32,000 nucleotides of DNA, taken from sequence record OZ234891.1, one strand, 5' to 3'. Positions 19,984 to 29,692 of this stretch are shown here, in pieces. The stretch's first letter is position 1. Each line of letters begins with the position of its first letter. A program made the position numbers and the translations under genes. The notes below the pieces were generated by a model. That model worked only from the letters and a program-made list of their open reading frames with translations, was not told where the DNA came from and did no database searches.

Positions 19984-20017
19984 GAGCCGTATGCGCTGAA
20001 AGGTGCTTGTACGGTTC
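19984..20017 (+). ncRNA. group II intron domain V
   Basis: gagccgtatgcgctgaaaggtgcttgtacggttc closely matches the consensus GAGCCGUAUGCGAUGAAAGUCGCACGUACGGUUC. It has the AGC triad, a GAAA loop and a 2-nt bulge. Confidence 0.9.
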
Positions 20018-20618
20018 TTAGGAGGGGAAAACTTGAGAGAGTCTACCTATTCCAAATAGATACCCAAACTACCCCCCACTGTCAACGATGAATGGTAACT
20101 TGTTAGTTTTTTATAAATTAGCATTGATGTTAACGCGATAACCATTCCGCCTTGCGAGTACGGTTGCAAAACTGAAACCAAAAAAATTAGTCGGTCTCGA
20201 AGCAAACGAAGTGAAGCATGTTATTTAATCCGATAATCCGCGTAAAACCTTACCAGTTCTTGTATATCCAATCTGTCTACCTAATAATATTATTTTAACT
20301 TAGTGCGCAGCTGCGCAGTGCGTATGCTGCTGCGTTTGTGAATAAAAATATTTATTAATAGAAAGTTTGTGTCATTTCTATATTTTAGACCTCAATGGTT
20401 TATCATTTCCTAATATAAATAGGTCGCTTTTTACTTATAGGAATGCGTTTACAGGTATTGCATGGCTGTCGTCAGCCCGTATCGTGAGAAGTTAGGTTAA
20501 CTCCACAAACGGGCAAAATCCCTGTTGTTAATTTAGACTTAACAATTTATGATTACTAAATATTCTCATTTGGGTCTAAGACAAGCCCTTATGGTCCTCA
20601 TGAACTGGGCTGACAAGC

Positions 20619-22137
20619 GTTTTGGGAAAACGCATAATTGGCTAAAACTATCAAACTCCGGGGACTCCCTAAAGCTTATAATACCAAGCCATAATCGAAA
20701 GGTTATGAGTGGCTGAACTAATTACTCAGGTACGGTAACAAGTTATAAGATAAGTGAAAACGAAATGGGCTATCGCGGATCTAAGTCAACAGTTAAATCT
20801 GAAAATCCAAAAAGAGTAACTGGATTTATTAATACTGTTGTAAAAGAGCAACGAGTAGACGGTAGTTATTTTAGGTTAAAATATTATCCAAAATTAAGGT
20901 GTACTCTAATGGGTTGTGAAAGCAACTATCCCTTCAAAAACCCTACTAAACAATTAATCAATAGAAAATTTTCTACACGCGTATCTTCTAATATTGAAAT
21001 TAATCCATGATTTATTACTGGTTTCTCAGATGCTGAGTCTTCGTTTTTTATTTCAATTTATCGAGATGAAAATTCTAAATTAAAGTGGAGAGTTACTGCT
21101 TGTTTTGCTATACATATTCATATTAAAGATATGGAATTACTAAAAAGTATTCAAAGATTCTTTGGTGTAGGAAAAGTTAGAAAAAATAGTAAAACCACTG
21201 CTATATTTAGGGTTGATAATATTCAAGAGTTACAAATTATTGTTGATCATTTTAATAATTACCCTCTCATTAGTAATAAATTATCTGATTTTTTACTGTT
21301 TGAAAATTGTTATAAATTAATTAAACAAAAACAACATTTAACTCAAGAAGGTCTTGAAAAAATTGTAGCATTAAGATACAATCTTAATAGAGGTATAACT
21401 GATGAATTAAAATTTGAATTTCAAAATATTGTACCTGTAAATCGACCGGAATATATTTTTCAAAATATACCTAATCCTTTTTGAAGCTCAGGTTTTGTTT
21501 CTGGAGATTCATCATTTAGTGTAACAATAGAGAAAAATAATAGTAAATTAGGTAATAGAGTTCGTCTAATTTTTGGTACTTGTTTACAGATTAAAGACAA
21601 AGGACTCTTAACCGGTATTAGAAATTATTTTAATAACTTAGATGAACATAAATTAAATCAACTAGAAGGCGCAGCAGAGTTGATTCAAGCCCATCTAAAG
21701 CAAGGGGTAGATATGAATAATAAATATATTTATGAATCAGAAACCAACCAAACTGCATTATTACAAATAAAAAATACCAGAGATATTTTCAATAAAATTA
21801 TACCTTTTTTTAATAAGTACCCAATATTAGGTGTTAAAAGTTTAGATTTTTCTGATTTTAAAAAAATAGCGGAATTAATAAAAAATAAAGAACATTTAAC
21901 AGAGGAAGGCTTAAAAAAAATATATAATATTACAGAAGGTATGAATTTAAACCGAAAACTTTAACAATAGAAACGCGTACGCATAAGAAAAATATCTATA
22001 AAAATAAAATTACAAAAACTATACAGCATATTGTCTAAATGTATACCAATTATAAATGTTGTATTGGCTTTGCATAACCTAACGAGAGCAGCCTTTGTAT
22101 TTTTAATATTAATTGTATGTTAAATTTGAATTCCATG
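20619..22137 (+). mobile_element. rns intron 3 (E. coli ~1220-1230 region) with LAGLIDADG ORF; class undetermined, probably group I
   Basis: Interrupts gggctgaca.. | ..acgtgccacaagaac (GGGCUACACACGUGCUACAAUGG block). Ends at G22137. No domain V. Borders +/-5 nt. Confidence 0.6.
20765..21964 (+). CDS. double-motif LAGLIDADG homing endonuclease (rns intron 3 ORF)
   Basis: One frame joins three track ORFs through TGA codons. Leader MGYRGSKS..VKEQRVDGSY..LRCTLMGCESNY. Motifs WFITGFSDAESSF and WSSGFVSGDSSF. Stop TAA 21962-21964. The frame is also open upstream into the exon. Confidence 0.85.
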
Positions 22138-22986
22138 ATAAACGTGCCACAAGAACTTTTACAAAGTGCTGCGAAGACCTAACCCTTTACTATTTGTATA
22201 TTTAAAAGTTTAATATTTTTAAATCCTCTTAAGCATTAATAACTATACTGTTGGCTATGTAAAACTAGATTCAGCTTATATTTTTTAGTCTAAAGGGAGC
22301 AAGTAGTTCAAAAATGTTTAACATTCAATTTAAATATTACTATAAAAAATGAGTGCTAAAAATGTGGCAACATGTGATAGCTAATTTGTGTATTTAATTT
22401 TTGAATTTGTTAAAATCTGGGTGATTTAGGAAATAGCTAATCATTAAAGAAAGTTAAACCAATTATATAAATCAACGGATTGTCACCTGAAACTTGGTGG
22501 CATGAAGAAGGAATTTCGAGTAATCGTTGATCAGTAGCGCAACGGTGAAGATTTAATTCGTGATGAACTAACTGTCTGTCGCTGGGGCGGAATTTAACTT
22601 GGGGGAAATAAGAGCGAGGTTTTTACTTTAACTAAACAATAAATCAAAGTTATTAGGCTATTTTTGCAAAATAGTACTGACTTCACTTGTTTACTATTAC
22701 TTGCTACTTACTTGCTAAAGACTTGTGAGCTAGTTTGGTTTTTACGTAGAACATGTTTTTTTTTTAGAAAAATAAATTCTAAAAAAGAGTGACCGTTTAA
22801 GTATTATATTTTAATACTAAGTTTAAGTGTTAAAACTTTTATATTTTTACATTTAAAATTAAAACAGTTTAGTTAATATTAATTAGTTTCAATTAACCCA
22901 ATTAAGTAACATCTCAAAAGTCATAGCAAGGTAACTGTACTGGAAAGTGCAGTTGGAAAATAAATAATAATTAACCCCCCTTTTTT

Positions 22987-23024
22987 AATACTTTAATACT
23001 TTAATACTTTAATATTTTAATATT
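22987..23024 (+). repeat. 8-nt AT-rich tandem array (AATACTTT), about 4.7 units, just after the rns 3' end
   Basis: aatactttaatactttaatactttaatattttaatatt. Confidence 0.8.
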
Positions 23025-23064
23025 ACCAATATTTGCTCTTGAATTGAAAATTTTTAATTTAACA

Positions 23065-23166
23065 GCCTAATGGTAGCTAACGGAAGTTAACGGCAGCTAA
23101 CGGCTACTAACGGCTGCTAACGGCTGCTAACAGCAGCTAACGGTAGCTAATGGTAGCTAATGGCAG
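23065..23166 (+). repeat. 10-nt tandem array (CGGNNGCTAA), about 10 units
   Basis: ..tggtagctaa cggaagttaa cggcagctaa cggctactaa cggctgctaa cggctgctaa cagcagctaa cggtagctaa tggtagctaa tggcag. Confidence 0.9.
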
Positions 23167-24456
23167 GGTAGTTCAAGTTTGGTTAGATCTAATTACGTAA
23201 AGTAAGTAAAGCTAGATAAAGGCTGGTATAGGCTTGGTTTGGCTTACACACTTTTTTTTTTTACGCTAGTGTTAGGCTGAATAGAAAAATTTACACGCCA
23301 CCTGGACGTACGTCAGCCTACTCTACGGTCAGGACTAGTTCAGGCCTGTTTACTGCCTGACAGGCTGTTCCAGGCAGGCAGACATCCCAGTCCTGATCAG
23401 TCCTGTTTTTAATAATTATATAAAATAGTTTTTCTTAATAAAAATATACGGAATAAAATACAGTCAAATTTAAAAATGAAAAAAGAAAGAGAAAATAGCT
23501 TAAGGGTACCAGGCTGCCCTACCAGCCGGCCCTAAAAAAAAAAATATAAAGCAAGGGGCTGCATACTCTGCAGACCTTTTATAAATAATAAAAAATAAAT
23601 TTTTTTTAAGGTTTATTTTAAATTGAAACTATCACCTATTTAAGGTAGACTTATTCACTGACTTTATAAAAAAGGTAGGCTCCGTATGCAATTTTACCAT
23701 TATCTCACGGTAAATTTTAAGTATGAAGCATCTATTTCAACTTCATACTATTAATAAAATAGGCTAATACAGCAAACGTAGCTTTATTTTTATAGGATAT
23801 AGTAGTAATGTGTTCTTTTTACAATTTACCCTTAAATGACGGAAGATTGAGTATATTAAGGCTAACCTGGTTAGGATTAATTACTAGTGACAAAAATCCA
23901 GTATATATTATTGAGCTATTGTACTATATTAAATTTTTTTACTGTTAACCTTAATAACTAGATTATTTTTGTACAGTGACAAACTTTCCTTGATTATATT
24001 TTGAGATAAGCTCGCTTGCCTGAATGCGCAGTGGACCATAAAATATAAAAATAAAAAAGCTTCTAGAATAAGCACAAGGACCTAAGTATAAATAGTAATA
24101 ACCTAAAAATAAATCCTAAATTATTTAAATAAAGTGTAAATAGATTATTGCACTCCCAGTACTTTTACTTTTAGTAATTATGTTACTAGTTGATCTGCTT
24201 CTGCAGGCTTAATTAATAGACTATTAAAATCTTAGGCTAAAAACGTGGTCGGTGCTAGCTATATAGTAAATAAATTTTAAAAAACCGAATTTATTTTATG
24301 TCACTATAATATGCATTACTTCACAAACTAGGGTGCGCTCCGCAGGCTAGCGATTTTTAACTCAGGCTCTACTGTAAAATAAAAATAATAAACGCGAGAG
24401 ACCAGGCCAGGGGTGCCTGGGTTGTTATGGCTGCGTGAAATAAAAGGTAAATACCC

Positions 24457-24519
24457 GCCCTGTCGGTCCTGTCGGCTCCTGTCGGCTCCTGTCGGGTCCC
24501 GGCGGCTCCTGGCGGGTCC
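24457..24519 (+). repeat. 10-nt tandem array (CTCCTGTCGG grading into CTCCTGGCGG), about 6 units
   Basis: gccctgtcggtcctgtcggctcctgtcggctcctgtcgggtcccggcggctcctggcgggtcc. Confidence 0.9.
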
Positions 24520-24625
24520 ACTCAATTATTAGAAGAAATAAGAAAGTTTTAACTAAAAAATTAAGTAAAGCAATTGGTTCTAATTATTCTAAGATTTATA
24601 AATAGAATAACTTAAGGTCTAGGTT

Positions 24626-24697
24626 AGCCTTGGTAGTGTAATTGGTAGCACGACAGCCTCATGAGCTGTTAATACAGGTTCAACTCCTGGACAAGGT
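24626..24697 (+). tRNA. trnM: tRNA-Met (anticodon CAU; initiator versus elongator not resolved)
   Basis: Hand-folded. Acceptor is gccttgg/acaaggt, with one mismatch and G-U. D stem is gtgt/gcac. Anticodon stem is acagc/gctgt with loop ctCATga. T arm is acagg-ttcaact-cctgg. Confidence 0.8.
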
Positions 24698-24995
24698 ATT
24701 TATTTATTAATATGATTCAAAGTTTATACTTGACATAAGAGCGGCTTTAGCAGACAGGGGATATTAGTTATCCATTTTAAAACAGCGTAAGCGAGGAAAA
24801 ATTATAAGGCAAATAAATTTTATCCTAATATTTTTAATACTAGGATAAAAGGAGGTTTAAAGCAAGAGGCTGGAATTATCTATTAAAAAAAAAGATTTTT
24901 ATTATAATCTGCTCACGATTTCACTAAAAATCTTTTTTTCTCAAATATCTTTAAAAATTATAAATCTAAGCTAGTGCAAATGAAGTAAAAAAAAA

Positions 24996-25067
24996 AGAGG
25001 ATTAGCTGAGTGGTTTTAGCGTTGAATTTACACTTCAAAGACAGAGTTTCGATTACTCTATCCTTTA
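24996..25067 (+). tRNA. trnV: tRNA-Val (anticodon UAC)
   Basis: Acceptor is agaggat/atccttt. D stem is gctg/tagc. Anticodon stem is ttgaa/ttcaa with loop ttTACac. T arm is agagt-ttcgatt-actct. Confidence 0.85.
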
Positions 25068-25620
25068 TTTTTTTTTTACCAATAACTTTAAAAGTCTAAA
25101 AAAAAAGAAAGTAAGAATTTAATAGCTTAAAAAAAAGGTTACTGCTGTATCCACTGCTTTTAAATAAAAAGTAGTCTAGAAGTGGCATACGCTGAAGTCT
25201 ATTACTAAGTATTTAAAATTTAAAATTTAAAATTTTAAATTAGTTTATTAAACTTATCGACCTTTAATTTTAACTTTGCGCTGATAGAGTTATTAAATAT
25301 AAGCTTACATAGAGCATTATCACTAATTTTAAACTGCTTAAAAAATATAATAGCCTGATATTAACTTCTAATATAAAAATTGTAAAAGTCTTAATTTATC
25401 GTTAAGATTCTTACGTAAAATAACTTGTTAATACTGAAAACAAAAAATTTAAGGTGGAGCTGAACCTTAGTATATATAAAAATTCTCTTGTTTTATAATA
25501 AAGCTAATTATTTAAGCACCAACCCCTTACTTTTTGCACAAGGACTTGTAACTAAAAAATCAGGAGAGCGTTAGTTAGTTAAGCACGTGGACTTTTACTT
25601 GTATAAAAAAGCGGCAAAAG

Positions 25621-25652
25621 CTACGCAGCTACGCAACTACGCAGCTACGCAG
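25621..25652 (+). repeat. 8-nt tandem array (CTACGCAG), 4 units
   Basis: ctacgcag ctacgcaa ctacgcag ctacgcag. Confidence 0.85.
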
Positions 25653-25750
25653 TAGTAGTCTTCTTTATTTATCAGTTCCACACTAAGAGCAAAGATAAGG
25701 AGGCTAGCAGGGCAGGCAGGGTAGCCAGCCGCACCTCTATTTAAAAAATT

Positions 25751-25792
25751 ACGCGTTAGCACGCGTTAGCACGCGTTAGCACGCGTTAGCAC
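25751..25792 (+). repeat. 10-nt perfect tandem array (ACGCGTTAGC), 4.2 units
   Basis: Four identical units followed by ac. It ends 16 nt before trnA. Confidence 0.9.
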
Positions 25793-25808
25793 TAAGAAAA
25801 AAATATAA

Positions 25809-25880
25809 AGGGGATATCTGATAATTGGTAATCAACCGTACTTGCACTACGGGTATGATAGTTCGAGTCTATCTTTCTCC
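25809..25880 (+). tRNA. trnA: tRNA-Ala (anticodon UGC)
   Basis: Acceptor is ggggata/tttctcc, including the G3:U70 pair characteristic of tRNA-Ala. Anticodon stem is ccgta/tacgg with loop ctTGCac. T arm is gatag-ttcgagt-ctatc. Confidence 0.9.
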
Positions 25881-26222
25881 ATTAAGAATTAATAAATATT
25901 TATTAATTTTTACTAAACATTTAAGATGAATGTTAAAAAATTTTAAGTGCAGTTCCTCAGTCGCCCGCTTAGCTTCAATTTAAAATGTTACTGATAATAA
26001 ATTATTGATAACAAAATATGGATAACCTGATCTATGGCTAAAAAAAATAACAAGTAATCGTAGGAAATGAAAATATGCTTTTTTAATTCTGCGTCTTAAT
26101 CCTTTTTGATATTTAAATTAAGAGTATAATTGTTTATTAATTAAAAATAGCTGAAATAGTTAAATTTCTACTGCTACGATAGCGCAGAGCATAGTACTAC
26201 TAAAATTTTATAATGGCTACAT

Positions 26223-26252
26223 GCGCGTAGCGGCGCGTAGTGGTGCGTAGCG
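26223..26252 (+). repeat. 10-nt tandem array (GCGCGTAGCG), 3 units
   Basis: gcgcgtagcg gcgcgtagtg gtgcgtagcg. Confidence 0.8.
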
Positions 26253-26280
26253 AAAAAAATAGGAAGAAAAAAAAAGGAGT

Positions 26281-26323
26281 GGTGCCGCCAGGACCCGCCA
26301 GGAGCCGCCAGGAACCGCCAGGA
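26281..26323 (-). repeat. 10-nt tandem array, reverse complement of the CTCCTGGCGG family, about 4.3 units
   Basis: ggtgccgccaggacccgccaggagccgccaggaaccgccagga. Confidence 0.9.
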
Positions 26324-26936
26324 ATATTATTGTTTTAAGTTGCAACGTTAGTGTAAACACAAAACTATACGGCCTACTTTCGCGTCTTAAAAGTGTTAAG
26401 TAGGGTTATATTTATATATTTTATTCAAGAAAGGCTACCATATGATGCTCAAGGTAACCCTAAAGAATAAATATAGAATTTAGGCAAAGGATTACTGCAC
26501 TATATATTTTTTTATAAAAAAAAACAGAATAAGTTTGTTATCTTAGGTTTAAGTAAATAAAACTCTACGCAAGCTGAAACATTAAAAATTTAATAAACAT
26601 ATTTATTCTTAATATAAAAATTCAGATTATAATTTTCAAAAGCCAACTATAAGATCAGGCAGTGGGCAGTGGTTTCTTAAAAAAACTTTTATTAGGTTAA
26701 TAAAAACCCTACGGAGCCTACGGATCCTACCTTTTTTTTTTGAAAAATACAAATATTTAAGATTAGACTAGCCTCTCATGTATATACATGAAAAGTAAAG
26801 TGAAATCCTATCTTATTTTATGCTAATACTGACTTTATTTATAAGTAAACTTTAACCGTTTAATAATGTTGTGCCACAGTTTACCATTGATGCTAAATTA
26901 TATTTATAAAGCAAATGCAATCTTAAACTTATCTTT

Positions 26937-27008
26937 GTTCTCTTAGTTCAATAGGTAGAACATCATTCTTCTAAAGTGGTTATTTTGGTTCAAGTCCAAA
27001 AGAGAATT
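26937..27008 (+). tRNA. trnR: tRNA-Arg (anticodon UCU)
   Basis: Acceptor is gttctct/agagaat. D stem is gttc/gaac. Anticodon stem is tcatt/agtgg (two G-U) with loop ctTCTaa. T arm is tttgg-ttcaagt-ccaaa. Confidence 0.8.
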
Positions 27009-27342
27009 AAATAAGGGCTGCGTTAGCACGCCACTGCTAATTCAATAATTTTACTGTTTTTCTATTTGTTTTAATTTATAAAATTTGAATACTTGATAAA
27101 AAATAAAGCGTGGTAATTATATCCAGTTAAGCTTCATTTCTATTATAGTAGATTTTGTGGTGCTTAATTGATCATTTTTTTGTATTGTATAAAAGTACAA
27201 TAGCTGTCCTCTTATTAAATTTTAGTAAACCAAGGACTGTAAATAAGTAGCAGAGGGTAGCACTTAAAACAAAGGTTAAACTGATTCGGATAATACTTTA
27301 CTTTGTATAAATGTGCTCTAATTTTACTCAATACTAAAAAAA

Positions 27343-27385
27343 GGAGCCGTCAGGAGCCGTCAGGAGCCGTCAGGAGCCGTCAGGA
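27343..27385 (-). repeat. 10-nt perfect tandem array (GGAGCCGTCA), 4.3 units; variant of the same family in inverted orientation
   Basis: ggagccgtca x4 + gga. The cyclic form CCGTCAGGAG compares with CCGCCAGGAG at 26281. Confidence 0.9.
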
Positions 27386-27779
27386 ATAAAATAAAGTAAA
27401 AAAATTTGTCCCTCGGCCGACCCGGCCATCGAGGAAGGCTTAAAAATATACATAAATTCATTTCCGTAAAACCTGAAAGGGGTTATATATATTTATTTAT
27501 ATTGTTTTTGCTACGCAATATGCAGCAAGGAGTAAGCAGTAATGCTTACCCTTTCATTTTTTGGTTATCAACTCCGCCTTTAACTCCTTTTAGGGCGTCA
27601 AGACGGAGCAGTGTAGTGAGAACAATTAAATAGAAAAAAGGAAGGCTTACATAAAATGAGAGTATTCCAGTTTTAAACATCAAAACCTTGGGCGCAAAAT
27701 CGCTCGCTCTTTTTTTTTCTCGATAGTTTGTAGCTGTTTAGCTAACCTAGTCTTGTTTATATATTTCCGATTAAAAATA

Positions 27780-27852
27780 GGTTTTATGACTGAGTGGTTA
27801 AAGTGAGGTACTGTTAATACTTTTTTCAGAGGTTCGAATCCTCTTAAAACCT
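27780..27852 (+). tRNA. trnN: tRNA-Asn (anticodon GUU)
   Basis: Acceptor is ggtttta/taaaacc (perfect). D stem is actg/aagt (one mismatch). Anticodon stem is aggta/tactt with loop ctGTTaa. T arm is agagg-ttcgaat-cctct. Confidence 0.85.
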
Positions 27853-28761
27853 TTAATATATAAAAAAATAATTAGTTAACTAATAACTATTTCATCTTAG
27901 CTAATAACAGGACAGATAAGGCCTAAGCTGAAGCACTTAAACTTTATTATTTCTAATTAATATACCTCCTACGTCCAAGCTAATATAGTGGTTTAATATT
28001 CAACTCATTTAATGGCTTCAATTATGTCTAATAAGTAAACATTCTTGGTCTTATTATTGCTAACAAATAATTTGATATTAGCACAAGGTTACAGAAGGAA
28101 GGTTAAATAAAAAGATCTACTTTAAATTTTATTGATTCTTTATTGACTCATTTTTTCATATAACACTGGCCGGTTTAAATTTTGCCAAATACCTTAATTT
28201 AATTATTACACCTCCAATAAAGCCTGCCCTGCCTTTAATTTTAGCTTATATGATAAATACCGATAAAACTTTTAAAGCGGAAAAAGCTACGCAGAAAAAA
28301 AAATAATAAAAAAACACAGCTATTATATTTAAAATCTTTCTTTAATTTACATTACGTATTTAGAAAGAAGCTATTATTGCTCTTTTTTATTCTTGTGTTT
28401 TTATATAAATTTTTTGTTTATGCTTATATACAAACTATACCTTACTTACACCTACCACTGCTACGCAGCTACGATGTTACGCACTCTTAATAATAAAATT
28501 ATTATAAATTAAAATTAAATTCTACAGGCATATACTTTAACTTTTAAAAAACTAAAATAATTTATTGAATTTGTAAACTTACATTTTTTAACCTTGCTAA
28601 AGTATAATAAATTTAGTAGCTCCTTGTAAATAAGGTGGAGCAGTAATTGTATTTGAAAGCGTGACAGCGAGTCTTAAAGGTATTATTTGTATACAAAGGC
28701 TATAGGTTGTATTGTAGTAAAAGAATATATGGGTCAGCTGGATGGGCTGGTTGGCAGGCCA

Positions 28762-28793
28762 GGCAGGCTGGCGTATGCCCCGCCCAGCCTGCC
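28762..28793. repeat. GC hairpin: 10-bp stem GGCAGGCTGG / CCAGCCTGCC with a 12-nt loop, inside a (GGCTGG/GGCAGG)-rich patch
   Basis: Read directly; the two arms are exact reverse complements. Confidence 0.75.
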
Positions 28794-29692
28794 ATAAATT
28801 AATAATTGTTAATAGACATATTTGGCATTGTATAGTGTAGTTTTACCTTCCTATTTATTTTTTTTTTACTTTATTAGAGGAGTTAGTTCAACTTTTTTGT
28901 TTGCTCTACTTCTATGCCCTGGGATTTGCTATTGGTTTGGTGCGATCTCAGGGAAGTATTTATTGTTTTATCTTGACCTTCCACTTTTAGGTTTAGTGCC
29001 TATGCCAAACCCTTATTTATTAAAAACGTTTTACAATTTAAGTTGTGTAAACTAATCTGTCTTATAAACAGTCTTAATCTACAAGTTAATGGTGTTATAG
29101 CCATAAATGCGTTTTAGGGGGTTAGCGGCCCTTCCTATATGTATACTGAGGAATAGATTTGTTTGAGGTAGATTGTAGTCCTCTGATGTGATTCTTCTTG
29201 TTACATTAATGTTTTATAATGTAGGAAGCTTATCTTGAGATATTTATATGTATGGGTAGTAAGATCGGTCTTTTTATTTTAGGAGTTCACCCTGTAACGC
29301 GGGGAGGTGACTAGAATATTTTTGGAGATATAAATTAATTACTTTATCCACTATGGCTGTAACCCCCACTCATTTAATTTATTATTCTGCTATTTTACTA
29401 TGCTATTTTAACAGTCCTTTGGTTGGAACCAAATAAAGTAGTTAATGGACTAAACAATAATGTCTACATATACACTTAATTTATTGACCGGAGAGTTAGG
29501 AAGAAAATCCCTGATGTACTTACATCTAAAATATATCAAAATAAGTTAGTGTAGTAGAAGTAATTGGAGTGCAACTCTCCATACAAAAATTTGGCTCTAA
29601 TTACTATATAGTTCTAAGTATTGGTTACCTTAAGATATGGACACATTGGTTTACTTCTAAATTGTTTTATATTATTTTTTAACAAAGCTACA

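Larger units (their letters stand above)
18424..20050 (+). mobile_element. group II intron in rns (790 region) encoding a LAGLIDADG protein instead of a reverse transcriptase
   Basis: 5' end GTGCGAC (18424). Domain V is at 19984-20017. A domain VI-like hairpin has a GAGA loop and a bulged A45 and ends ..ctacctAT (20050). The 3' border is ambiguous between 20050 and 20056. Confidence 0.85.
16170..22970 (+). rRNA. rns: mitochondrial small-subunit rRNA with three introns; exons about 16170-16696, 18133-18423, 20051-20618, 22138-22970
   Basis: Matches by eye to universal 16S blocks. 5' end: agaatttaattttggttctgactgaacg. 340 region: ctaccagcagtcaagaatct. 515 region: gtgccagaagactcggtaa..ggcgtaaag. 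790 region: atagatacccaaactacc..aacgatgaatg. 900-960 region: gagtacggttgcaaaactgaaa. 1050 region: gcatggctgtcgtcag. 1220 region: acgtgccacaag. 1340 region: ggaatttcgagtaatcg. 3' end: aagtcatagcaaggtaactgta..gcagttgga. Confidence 0.9.

Noticed and set aside
24328-24525. Minus-strand ORF (65 aa, Arg/Pro/Gly-rich)
   Set aside because: It is a translation of the CTCCTGTCGG array and adjacent GC cluster. The open frame is a by-product of stop-free GC repeats.
3373-27385. CRISPR interpretation of the short tandem arrays
   Set aside because: The units are 8-12 nt and directly adjacent with no spacers. The context is a mitochondrial genome and there are no cas-like ORFs.
27406-27633. Plus-strand ORF (75 aa)
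   Set aside because: It starts at TTG in a GC cluster just after the GGAGCCGTCA array. It has no motif and a patchwork composition.
28822-29055. Plus-strand ORF (77 aa)
   Set aside because: TTG start, hydrophobic low-complexity sequence and no recognisable similarity. Support is insufficient.
29091-29366. Mitochondrial RNase P RNA (rnpB)
   Set aside because: The end-pairing and a GAGGAATAGA stretch are superficially reminiscent of P1 and CR-I. However, I could not find a CR-V-like partner able to form P4, so the call is not supported.
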